64,000 nt of DNA, from assembly GCA_001599295.1 (NCBI GenBank), contig BCGN01000006.1:372001-436000 (forward strand). The letters run 5' to 3'. The notes below the pieces were generated by a model. It saw nothing but the letters and a program-made list of their open reading frames with translations. It was not told the DNA's origin and did no database searches. A program made the translations under genes and the position numbers. The DNA comes from Sporopachydermia quercuum. Taxonomy: Eukaryota. Positions 49,078-61,076 of the stretch are shown here, piece after piece. The first letter of the stretch is position 1; each line of letters opens with the position of its first letter.

Positions 49078-50383
49078 ATGACGAGCGATTTATCGACATC
49101 TCAATCAGTAGAAACATTTGACGGGGCTTCAATTAATATAAAGCACCGGAGAAGCCCTAGTACAACAGCATGTAATAACGAGACTGAAAGATCGACTTTG
49201 CTGTCTAAAACAGTAGTAAGTAGAATATGCAAGCTCTCTATGCCACTGAACACCACGTGGAAGAGACGATATTTCTTCGAGTGGTGATGATAGATCAGGA
49301 ATCATTAATTAACATGATGAATTTAGCACAAATTTGAAGAAAAATTGATTCATACCTGGCACGAAATTCCCGTGTGGCAACAAGATAATCACTATATATT
49401 ATCAGGCTATATAAAGGAAACTAAAAGCTTCAAAAAGTGTATTCACTCTTTACTATTCTTGCACAATGAAACGGGTATGTAACGTTATATACTATCTTGA
49501 GTTTTCAATTCAAAAGATTTACTGACACATAATAGGCAACATTTACTCGCATTTGATACCGTCTCTCGTTTACCTTGGATGTGCTGTTCTTGGGTGGAAC
49601 TTTCTGGTTGAAAAGTACCCTACTACTTCTTTTGAGGACTTCATGATGTACTTTTTTTTTTTTTCGGGCGCTGCGNTGTGTCTAGGTTGTAGTAGCGCTT
49701 TTCATTGTTTCAAATGTCATTCAGAACATGTATCAAAGATTGGAAATAAGCTCGATTACCTGGGAATAGTCTTTCTGATAGTTGGTTCTTCAATCGGTAT
49801 AATTTATTATGGATTCATCAATGAGCCAAAATACCAAATATTCTTCATGGGGCTAACTATAAGCTTGGGTGGTGTATGCGCTGTAGTGAGTCTCAATAGT
49901 ATGTTTTCCCATCATACGTGGAGACCTTTCAGAGCCGCCATGTTTATTTTGTTCGGGCTTTCAGCAGTATTTCCTGTGATTACTGGCATATGTTTGTATG
50001 GAGTATGTGAAAATTTGAGTATTAACTTCACTTTCTGATTGCACAGCTAACATTGATTGTTATTTTAGTACGAGGAGTCCAGAAAAAGAGCCCAACTTCC
50101 TTACGTTTTTGCAGAGGGTGTTCTATACATATCTGGAGCATTACTGTATGCTTTAAGAATACCAGAGAGGTTCAAGCCAGGAAGTAAGTATATTCTATGT
50201 GACAACATCTATTTCATAATAAGAATTACTAACATTTCGGCAGGATTTGATTTCTGGGGTCATTCGCATCAGCTTTTTCATGTACTAGTAGTTGCAGCAA
50301 GTATATCGCATATGTTAGCGCTTCTTTTTGCTTATCAGTATGCACATGAGACTTCTCTTAACGCAATTGACAGTCTAGATTGA
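49078..50383 (+). CDS. IZH2: PAQR/hemolysin-III family protein Izh1/Izh2; 5 exons: 49078-49215, 49327-49474, 49536-50002, 50069-50183, 50244-50383
   Basis: [76 protein letters not shown]. IZH1 versus IZH2 orthology is not resolved; IZH2 is preferred only because of the linkage to RRP6 and PHO80. Confidence 0.8.
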
Positions 50384-50994
50384 TTATGGCTGAAAGAGTG
50401 ACCAGTCTAAGTCTGAATCGAAAAAGAACAAGTAATACAATTATCCTGACGATAGACCATAATTCAGCCAAAGGGATAGACGTTTCTGTTATCCAAACAT
50501 TTGAGTGCTCAACTGTTCCAAAGGCTTAGTACAATCTGCTCAACATGTGGTATGTTTATACTGGAAAAGTCGATGCTCGGTGCTAACAGGTGTCACTAAA
50601 TAGGTTTGACTTGAAAATAGAAGCATTAGTTTTATTCGTGTAACTGAATTTATAAATTCTTCGTCGAGCGATGATGAACTCAACTTCGAATCAAGCACCA
50701 ACGGAGAAAATGAATATAAATGGAATAATCCTTCAATATGATCATATCATGTTCAATCCCTTCATAAAACTATTTAATTTATCTATATTGCATAGAAGCT
50801 TCACTATCCATATAGCGACTTTACTTATAGTAAGATATATAGATCAAGAGGTCCCTATATTATACTGGTTAGAAGAATTTAAATAAAGTGTCCCATGAAT
50901 CGGGCCTAATAATATGAATTACTATCAAAATGACTATTATGACATAAATGTAAGCACGAACCTATAAGTGATTTGATCTCCCTGAGTGGTCTTC

Positions 50995-51260
50995 AACGAA
51001 ATACGATATTGTTAAGCTTTTGTAAAGCATTTGTAAAGCAAAACCCTTGCACTTCTTCTTGTTGTTCAAACATTCAAATGGAGAACCGGCCAACAATTGA
51101 CTTCTCAATTTCTTGAGTTTTCAGTTCTTGCAGAAATTTCATATCTCTAGAAGCAAGCATAGGCCAAGTAAGTAAATCTTTACCATAACCTTTGCGTTTC
51201 AAATCATAAAACAGAGCAGAGTTCGTTTGAACGTATGAACTCAAGGCGATTGATTGGTAT
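50995..51260 (-). mobile_element. Probable decayed gag C-terminus of an LTR retrotransposon
   Basis: About 60 open codons (SALFYDLKRKGYGKDLLTWPMLASRDMKFLQELK...), a stop, then with one frameshift C-Y-K-C-F-T-K-A-*-Q-Y-R-I-S. This has CX2CX4HX4C spacing with the H and the last C mutated. Confidence 0.35.
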
Positions 51261-54225
51261 CAAACTGAGGAATTAGCTGCTATCCTCGTCACTTAACTCT
51301 ATGTATACAATAATTGTCTTACTTACTAATTGATTGGGCCATTCAAATACGATTCCTCAGTTCTCCTGCTTTCCGTATAATGGAGAGCTGGCACTCGAAT
51401 AAAATGAACACAGTTCAAAAGTTGTTTTTATCAACAAATGTGGATATATATGTAACTGAACTTACAAAAATGTACTAGTTTATCAAATTAGTTAACTGGT
51501 CGAATAGAAATTTTTTTGAAATAAATTCATCCCAATAAGAAGCTACTAGACTATGTTTGAGTTTGTACTTCAGTCATTCATTCCTTCATTTTATTAGTAT
51601 TATTATTAAATTTTTCTTTTTCTTTCCTAGAAATAATTAATTTAAAACAAATTCAAATGAAATCCAGAATTTTCTTTAACTTACAAACTTACATAGTCGG
51701 TAGTAGTTTGTTGCCATATATTCAAGATATTTTATTCCCCACCCATATCATCTCATTTGACTTGCCTATTAGTTGCGCTATTTGAGCCTTGAAACTTGAG
51801 AGCTAATTAATTCCTCACGGTCCCCTTGAAAACCCTAGCAGCTATGAGAAGCGGATCATATAATTTTGCTGATTTGGAGTTTAAAAAATTGAATGAGACA
51901 CACGATGATANAGATTAAGGCAGTCTTGTCGAAAAGTAGAATTTGAACTGATAGAACAGAACAGAACATTTTCAAAACATTTAAACAAGTAATTAAGTAC
52001 AATACGCTACATTTAACTATGAATATGATCAACAACAAATGTACAGCCAGCTTAGCTGCCTCCTGAATCAAACAAGCTATTCTAAAGAGTCAAAGAGAAA
52101 GATAGAATGAAAGACTAGAATTTGAACCTAAAAAAAGTCAGTTTACTTTACGGGAAAGTTAACTTGTTCCATCTTTTAGGCATCGTTTCCTGCATCCATA
52201 AATTAACCACAAGTCAAAATAAAATATAGGAGTTTGTTAGCGAGATGGTGATGAGGAATAAATAGTCAAATCCTTAACTTCACCATCGACAGGAGTGCAG
52301 GGATGCTTGAAGATATGATGACCTTCTATTAATTTCAACTGATCTAGATAGATAGTACATATAGGGCAAGAAGACAGAGAGAAATTGGTAAATTACAAAC
52401 CGATAAAAAGGTATGTAAATTAGTTCTTGTGGCTAAGGCAATGTCTGGAAATGAGATAAATAAAAAGGAATACTAAGCTGCGGACTCTANATAAATATTC
52501 TAGTAGAATATAGCTGCACATATAATGAAGAGTGTTGTAAATGAATATTCTACTACGTTCTGTGTTAGTTGTAATGGAAGACTTGTTGATGAAATGACCG
52601 CGCACCTCCACCTTCATTGCCAGAGAAAATGACTTTTCTGCAGAGAAGCCAGGAGAATGAGCATATAATTTTGCGGAGCTATTAATGTTGCATTTGATGT
52701 TATTGAGCGCACAGATGTATTGTTTAGCAGTTGTGAAGGATCAGACCCACCAGTATACCATCATCCAAAAAGTGACAATCAATTACTTTTCACTATCAGG
52801 TCCTTCCTAGCTTCCTATATTATACTCATGTTTCCTCTAACGAATGCATGTGTGTCCCATGTGTGTCCGTGTCCATTGATCAAATGAACAAAAACACAGT
52901 GGTTGAAAGATGAATCTTAAGGGCTTCCTCATAGCTATGACAAAACATGTACTATTTTCTCTACTTCAGTTTTATGACTAATTTTGATTGTTGCGAGATA
53001 TATACCTACTGGCAAGTGGAAGGAAACTACTGATTTTATTGCCTCAAGATATTTCTTATCCTCTTTCTCCATTTAATACGTTGTTTGTATGGATACTGCA
53101 TAGGAGGATTCTAACAGGATTGAAAACCTCTCTAGGAGAGCAAGAACACAATTTGATAGAGTTTTTTAATTCTTTTTCATTTTTTTTTTCATGCACTTCC
53201 TTTAATTTTGTATTAAGGACCTCATCAATAAAATTTTGGGCAGAGGCTATACCAAGTTTCAAGAATGTGCTAAAGGGGCAGTATTGAAACTGAATTTGAT
53301 TATTCATTGTACATTCTTCAAGAAGTTTGTGGCCCATATTTTTGCTAACACTAATCTGACTTATTCTAACTTCTATTTGGTATTGCTAAATAAGTATTCT
53401 AAATGCGTGCTGGTGACATTCAAAATATTAATTCTGGCGTTTAAGAAACCTTATAAGGGCAAATGTAGAAGTGCATCCACGGCTATTAAAAAATCCATTG
53501 TTTAAAGTTGTCCCAAAAACAGAAGAAATTGTACTGTTAGCATGGCTCTAATTTCTAGAAAAAATATCCTTAAGGCACCTAAAGCACAGAAGAAGCATAT
53601 TTCAATCTGAGGTGGACGGTGACTTATCACCATGTATCATGTTATGACAGATATTGCATTTGAACTATACAAATAATTTTACCGAGAGATTTAAAGAGCC
53701 GCATTTACTGTCGTGCATAGTTATTGCCTGGGCAATTGAGCTGTTGTTGTAGTGGCTGCTGTGATATTTAAAACGCCTTTCTAGAATATCTGTCAAACAG
53801 AGTACTTGAATGATTATATCCTTGGACCCTATCCCGGTTGTCGGCCATTTGGTATATTGAAGCCAAAACACTTCTTCACAACACCACTCAGCCCAATAAC
53901 AATAATGATAATTAGTCTTAGAAATTGGAAAATTTCTCTATCTATATAGTAATATAGATAGATAGCGTTGGAAAATAATCCAACTCTAATAAACAAGTTG
54001 TTCTTGCTGAAAATAAAGACTCTGTTGATGATGCTTGTTAATCATCCAGTCTGTTCCTAGATTTGAAATAGTTACTAATAAAATTTGAGAACTAAAGAAG
54101 CGGCAAGTTTATAATTTCTTGAAAAGTAGCTGTTGTTCTGTACACCTTAGTTTTTATAATTCCTTGAGTAAATCTTTTATCTTTTTTTATTGTTTGAACC
54201 GAAGGGTAGAATTCGTAAAGATTAG

Positions 54226-56790
54226 ACTGGAGTTAGACATGGGTATCTGAATGAATATCTATCTGAATAATGCATTAATTTATGGGTAAGTGAGAAGGAT
54301 ATTGGTGGTTTGGAAGTGAAATACTTGACAGTATTAGATGTGATTGTTTCTTTGCGTATTGGGAAAAGACACGCTTCTGCTTGTAAACAATTCCTTCAGC
54401 CCTTTGTATTGGTAGAGCATTAGAACTTGTACACGCTGGTGCTATGTGCCCTTCACTCTAAGGAATGCCAGTGGCCACAAGTAAGCACGGAAGCTTCCTT
54501 GACGACTACTCCACCTTTATATATGAAGTTATATTTGTTGAAGTACAAGTTCGAGGCTCTTGAGAGTTCCAAAATGTATGTTGGCGCTGTAGAGCTGTAT
54601 ACCAGCTCCACATTGGAACCTCTATTATTTATTATATTGGAATGAGTGAAATAAGATTTTACAGCTATCCACACAGTTCAGAGGAATGATACATCGAAAC
54701 GTCTCAATGGAACTTTGAAACATTTAACCAGAGCAAAGCATGATAGACTCTGGTTTGCTAAACATTAATGGTCATTTGTTTTTTGAATTGCGCAGAAACT
54801 GCACTGGTACGGTTTAAAAGAGCAAAACTACATTAGCTTCCTGGGATTACTTCCTTTCTGTGCGGCTCAATAGGCAAAGGCGGTTATTGCTCCAACTGAA
54901 ATACTATAGCTTTCAGCTACTGTGTTCATTCATTATTTGAGAAAGGTTACTTTCACGAATGATAATGATCTTCATTCTAGTACTTTATTGATATTGCTTT
55001 TCTTCCAAACATTTAGTGATTTACTGCTGATCGCTTTGCATGTCATTCATGACAAACTTCAACCAAACTCGCACCTAGGGTGCATTTCTGATTTAACATA
55101 TATCTCCCTAATCTCGGTGAGATGGAGAGATTAATTTAATTCGGTCCGATAAAGTTTAGAACAAAATTACTAGTGTCGGAGTAGTACTATCAAGTACTTT
55201 GCAATATTTTTTTTCAACCCAACATCTTGCTCGCCGAAATAAAATTAAAACTATGGATAGCTTAGCTTAGCTTTGCATGCGGTAGTCAAGCTTTGTTTCT
55301 ATAAGTACCGAAGATCGCAAAGACAAAAGTTCCAATGCAAATCAGTATGTACATTTGTGATGTGATTCGTACTTCGTAGCCGAATGAAATGAGCGTAGAC
55401 TTACCTACTTACCAACTCGTGGGGATTTGAGAAGAAACAAAGTAATGGAGGCTAAGTAACCAGTCAGTGCTTGTTTTTGTGCTTCTGCTTCTATTTAATG
55501 TTAGCTATTAATGTTCTTATTCCCGTATGATATTGAATTATCAATATAGAATTGAAAAAGTTGAATTTGTAAGTGGTGAACTCAGTAGCACTTTGACGTC
55601 TCAGAGATAATCTGTCTTAACTACATCCGTCGGGGGACCCCCAATGTTACTATACCAACTAACTTCGGGCCGATACCATCAGAACTTGCTGCTAGTGCGG
55701 ACCCTGTGCCATTTACTTTTGCTGGCCGGCTGATCGTTTTCACAATTAGAGCCTCGACCCTATTATTGATAACGCAGTTGTTACCATGCGATCTTCATTG
55801 ATAACATTACATTATACATTATGAACAAAAAACTTCAAAGAATATTGTAATTACTCAAGAACGAGCATAATAATATACGCAACTCGTGGCAATTTTTTCC
55901 GTAATAACCGCTAATGCGAACTATATCTGCATGCTATATGATATGGATTTACAGAGCTAAAGTAACTCTGACATATCACTGAACTTTCGTGAAGCACATG
56001 TTGTTGGCCAATAATCATCGCCAACTGGTAGTCAGCTGTCTGATCACCTCTAACAGAATATTTGTCATGCAATGTTAGTCATTCGCCCGGTTAGCGTTGC
56101 TATTTACTAGAACCTCAAATTCCCATTTATAAAAGTCAGACGAATATTTTGTGCCGAAATAGCCTCCTTTCTTGTTGAAACATGATCTTTCCTAAAACAA
56201 TCCCAAAGTTGGATGTATCAATTCCTAATCTTATGGCATATATCTTAGTCTACGGCATTAAATATGTTACTCCTGGTGTTTCTGTAGATGGTATGGTATC
56301 TTGGTTGCAGTTGGATTCAATTCTAAAGCCACCATCTAGGGTAATGTGATTGATATCTTTACAAGTTTTCAAACAAAGAACTTCATAATGCAACTTGCGT
56401 ACCAGGAATTGAAATCCACCAAAATGCAACTGGATTCTCCTATTACAAGAAATATTTGAACAGGTTGATCTTCTCGGTGTAATAAATTTGAACTATACCG
56501 TTGCGGCCTTATTGAACTCCTCAAGCACAAAACTATTAGCCTATTGTTTCTTTAAGACAATTGATTATCTGACTGTCGATAACCTTACTAGCTAATATTT
56601 GATGTGCTTTGTATTTGCCAATAACCTTACGACATTTGATATCGTCCAGCTACTTGGTTTGGTGTTCTACTCCGCTTGCTGCTGAATATAATGAATGATA
56701 AGACATTAATTTAACAAGCTCCTCACTTATTGGTCATTCTGATACTCTCCTGGAGATAAATCCATGTAATCTGCCATTGGTTGTTTATTA
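54226..56790 (+). mobile_element. Heavily degenerate Ty1/copia (Ty5-like) pol relic: integrase, RT, RNase H
   Basis: Motifs occur in order. Integrase: RHGYLNE (HHCC start), RALELVHAG (54414), SFLDDYSTFIY (54492), LYLLKYKFEALE, *VK*DFTAIHTVQRNDTSKRLNGTLKHLTRA, MIDSGL, WYGLK...LLPF. RT: EAHVVGQ/HRQ (~55991), VIRPVSV, FVPK*PPFLL (=YGLKQAPxxW, 56148), PGVSVDGMV (=GVYVDD, 56272), GIEIHQNATGFS..KKYL (56405). RNase H: LIGHSD..GDKSM*SAIG (56726). Many stops, frameshifts and deletions. Confidence 0.88.
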
Positions 56791-57189
56791 TATTATTATT
56801 TTACTCATTTGTGTTCAAGTAAGTATATAGGAGTACACTCTGAGGTTTATCAACTTAGATCGAAATTATTCTTGAACTAGATATTGCACTAGAGAATTCT
56901 GGAAATCATAAGGAAAGTTACAAGGATTTATGGCTATATTTGTTTTTGGTTATAGACCGTATCATATCAGATTCTCAGTAACCATCAACTCTCTTGAACA
57001 TGCCTTGTATTTTTAAAATAAGGAAATTTGGACATATCTGGAATGATAGTCTATATGCCTGAGCTGAACCCTGTAGTTTGTTTGTAGTCAAGAGTGCCGA
57101 AAGAAACGTCTTTGTTTCATCAATTTCAGATAACCCGTGCACAACCTGTAGGCTTGAATTTACTTCCGTAATTGATATCTGATCCTCTC

Positions 57190-57620
57190 CAATAGTAAGT
57201 AAATGGAATTTAGATATTCATACTAAATTAGGGATATACCATATCAAGTTCAAAACCTGTATCCATATATTGTACTACAGTTCTCTCGCTACGCTTGATT
57301 TGCTGTGATAAGGTTGATACCAAAATCCGACGGAAGCACTCTAGGGATTTTATATTTCCTAACATATAACCTCTAACTGTATCTCCCGCATGTTTCTAAT
57401 TTATAGAGTAGTACAATTGTCAACGATACAATTGGCAACTACAATCCGACTGCTCAATCAACTTCAACCTCGTCTTAACTCAAGATTGTAAGCTTATCAT
57501 GCCTACCCCTTCAGGAAATTTTCCTTTCGTTGGCACCAGCTGGCAATGAAGAGGAAGACTTATTATTTCTTAATAAGCTTACCAGATTTCTCATATTGAG
57601 TGTATTGAGCCCGATAATTC
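57190..57620 (+). mobile_element. Possible second integrase N-terminal fragment
   Basis: IHTKLG(h)IPYQV at 57216 (one-base deletion), ICCDKVDTKIRRKH, QLQSD and YYFLISLPDFSY*VY resemble the HHCC finger and the start of the core. Very decayed. Confidence 0.3.
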
Positions 57621-60052
57621 AAATATACACTTTGTCAGAAATACAATTGAAAGATTCACCTTTTCTTCCATCGTGCTTTATATCTCGAGGCTGCTTTTAC
57701 ATACTACACTGTATACAATAGTATTTTTTCCTTTTTTGGTGGAGTTGTAGATAAGCAAAACACGACAATATTAGATAGTAAGATTATATTTTGCAACTTA
57801 ACTTGTATAAGCCTCAATACTAACTAAAAAGAAATAAAAGAAAGAAACAACAACTTGAGGAAGCGATTGTCTTATTCTGTTATCTATACCTAATGATCCT
57901 GGTAATTATGCCTATTCTCTATGCGTTGTTTTCAAGCTCTACTCAATCAGTGAACAACCAACCAAGTTTAGATCCCTAGTTATTTATTGAATGGGCTAGT
58001 AATGTCGTGAAATTTCCCATCGGGTGCTTTAACGCCATCCAGAACATCCTACTGAAAAAATATTAATATTTCTTATAATGAATGATACCTATCAGTAATA
58101 TTGAATGTTTCTGTTCTGTCTTACTTTTGATTCACGTTCAATTTTCTTTTTACCTAGTGAGCAACTTATTAAACTGAAATTCTGATGCTTATGATGTATA
58201 TTTATTAGATGTCATATTTCGATATCTGCCTCCTACTAATGGTTGAAATTTCAATTATAAAATGCGAAATTCATTAATTATATCTTGCTGAAATGGATCT
58301 TAATGGTCTCTCACAACGGTCACTGTCAACGGACATTAAAAGACAATTGTTGTTTAGGTATCGTATAGCTTTCGGAACTAGTTATGAAATGAGTAGAGTA
58401 TAGTATACTCATGTGAGAGTATATTATAGGAGTAAGCTGATACATATAATACATCATGCAATATAATTTATTATTTATGATAAGCTAAGAAGAATTGAAA
58501 AACATAAAAATATTAGCTTTGATCTCTTCATGCCGTCTGTCATGTCATCTTCATTTCATTTATGGTTATTTTGGGTTTCTTTTTCTTTCACGTATCGTAG
58601 CAAAACTATGGAGCGAAATTACACGTCAAATACTCAGATCAAAGTGTTCATTTGTAACTATCTTCTTCTTGAGTCTCAAAAATAAGTGACTCCTACACCC
58701 TATCTGCCTCGATGTTGGAGTTAGGCTATAACTATGACCTTGAAATTTTTAGACACACCCATAAGTATTGATTCATTAAGCACGTATATTTTCTGCTAGT
58801 GAATTTAATGATATCATAAGTTTTTCTTTCCCTTCAGGAAAAAGGAGAACTCTCTAGTTCATAGCTTCAAGACATAGCAAATATGAACAAATCTAGAGTC
58901 AGCGGATTTGGTATACCTCCTCTTCTACTCTAGATAATATAATGTGAAAAGTTCCCCATCTCTCTCCATTTTATTCAGTATCATTAAGCAATCACGTGCT
59001 TCGCGTACGAATGATTTATTTAATAAAAGGACCACTACCGCAAAACGCTTACATTGCTCAAAGACACAACATAAGTTTCAACAGGTCACCTAACGAGGAT
59101 TTGAAGCTACTTACTTAACTTAGAAAGTATTGAGATCTCATTAATCTATCTAAATTTCTCTCATTTTCATTAATTCCTAAAACCACATGGAGTTCCTTCT
59201 TCGCCTCAACTCAGCTTTTGTTAGCAACAACACCTTTGCTAACAAGAATTGGTACTTCTCAATGGCCAGAGGAAGCATCACCATCATCTATCTGCTAGTG
59301 GTCAAATGAGTGAGCTCCTCTGCTGCCAGCTACTATCACAACTCATTCTGCAACTCTTTGAAAATAAACTTGATTTTCCAGCCGAATCCTGAAACACTGC
59401 ACTAATTCTAATTACGTCGTGAAGTACTTTCATCACAATTAGATAAATTAAGTGATAAATCTTGTTCGGAAGGCACGGATTATTTGATTATTGTTTTATA
59501 CAGTCATATTAACATTAATTCCAAAAGCAATTGCCCGCTCGACAGAGATGCTTAGTTCAAATCTTCGAAGTCGGAGAGAGGTGCAATTATTCTGGCTAAG
59601 TCAACAGGTTGTGAGAAAAAATTGACAGAGCAACGTTAACTTGAACATTATTGCAAAAAAAGTGTAGTATGATGTCCTCAGATCGCGATGCCATCCATAT
59701 AAACTATGACATTTATTTGAGGAAGCAAAAGATGAATCAAAATTGGAATTTAGGATGTTTTCATATGTTACAATATGACTGTTTATCCTGGTAAGACAAT
59801 TTTTGGGGCATAATTGCATGCTAATCTATGTTTAATTATTCTTATTGCATTCTTTTGAAATGTTGAGAATGATTTTTCAGTTGTACTGTTATCGAGTTAT
59901 AATAAGTCACATGACTATTTGATACTGGTAACAAGTTTCTATATATTGACTGACTACGTGTTATGGGACTATTGGAATGTGCAAACATTCGAAATTGGTA
60001 CATCTATTTTTTATTACTATATAAGGAAAATTCCAAATCTTTAATACGCGTT

Positions 60053-60460
60053 TTAGTATAGCTTGAACTTCGAGTTTAAGCCTGTTTTGTTTTCCAGCTC
60101 TACCAGTGTAGTGGAAGTAGTACCTGATTTCCAGGGGCATCTGCCTCCTACTATGGGGAATCTTATTTGTAACAAGAAATTAGCCGATTTCATGATTCTA
60201 GTAATATTGTCTTCGTTTGTTGATGTCCTTTTTTCATTTTGTTATGTTCCTGGACAAGATTTTGTACCCAACGATTTTTCAGTTGAATTCATTTGCAAAT
60301 CACTGATCCACCATAGCATTTAATGCAAATCATTCCTGTATCCATCAGGGTCTTGGAGGAGAAGAAAGTACTCTTGCATAAATGTACCTATGTCAATCTC
60401 TGCATCGAAATACTTCACGCGTAGTTTCTGTAGTTTTCTCTTAGTGATTGGTGTTATCAT
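60053..60460 (-). mobile_element. Decayed gag-like relic
   Basis: A 136-codon frame from an ATG with two internal stops. RKLQKLRVKYFDAEIDIGTFMQEYFLLLQD resembles the copia gag helix, and an alternative frame gives CYK*DSP**EAD (broken zinc knuckle). The region is repeated at 58224-58272. Confidence 0.5.
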
Positions 60461-61076
60461 TCAAAATCATCGTATTCATTAATTAATGCAAGACGTTGAA
60501 AATAATACTACCCTTTTGTGTAATTCAACAAAATATTCATGAATCAAAACATTAATGCAAATATATTGTAAGCACCAAAGTCTTCTCCTCCTTTGATTGA
60601 TACTCCCAAAGATTCAAGATAGCATACATCTAAGAATTTAAAGTTCAAGAGTAGTCGCGTTCGACATGAAACCTTGTTTCAAAATCGTTTGAGCTTAGCT
60701 GCAATAGATACGATTGTATTGAGTGCTCAAAAGAAAATCATTTTTGTTCGTTCGTGTTGCAATGGAGGGAGATATTCTTTTTTTGTTCTTCACTGATTTC
60801 TCAAAAGCCATCGAAAATGAGTCTCGAAAAAGTGTCCAAAAGTCAAAATAAAAAATAAAAAATAAAAAAAAAAAGGAAAAAATTGATGATTAAAAAGAGT
60901 TCAATCAATATTGAATCTAGTAAACAGTCAATGCAAGAAATTCAGTGTCGATCTTGTTTGTTTTCTTTGTACAATTCAAAGAAGTGAAAATTACAAGATT
61001 GAAAGAGCAAACAAATAGAAAGCAGAAGTTGTAGTTTCTTTGTAAACAGCACTGAGCTATCTTATTTTGCCACAGG

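Noticed and set aside
53790..53803. 14-bp match CTGTCAAACAGAGT shared with ~6963
   Set aside because: The flanks do not align; consistent with chance in 64 kb.
52988..53871. Short ORFs within the gene desert
   Set aside because: Low-complexity F/L/K-rich translations with no family motif.
59905..60000. Point-centromere-like CDEI (GTCACATG) with TTCGAAA about 80 bp downstream
   Set aside because: The spacer is not >85% AT and the essential CCG of CDEIII is missing. The same applies to ATCACGTG at 58991.
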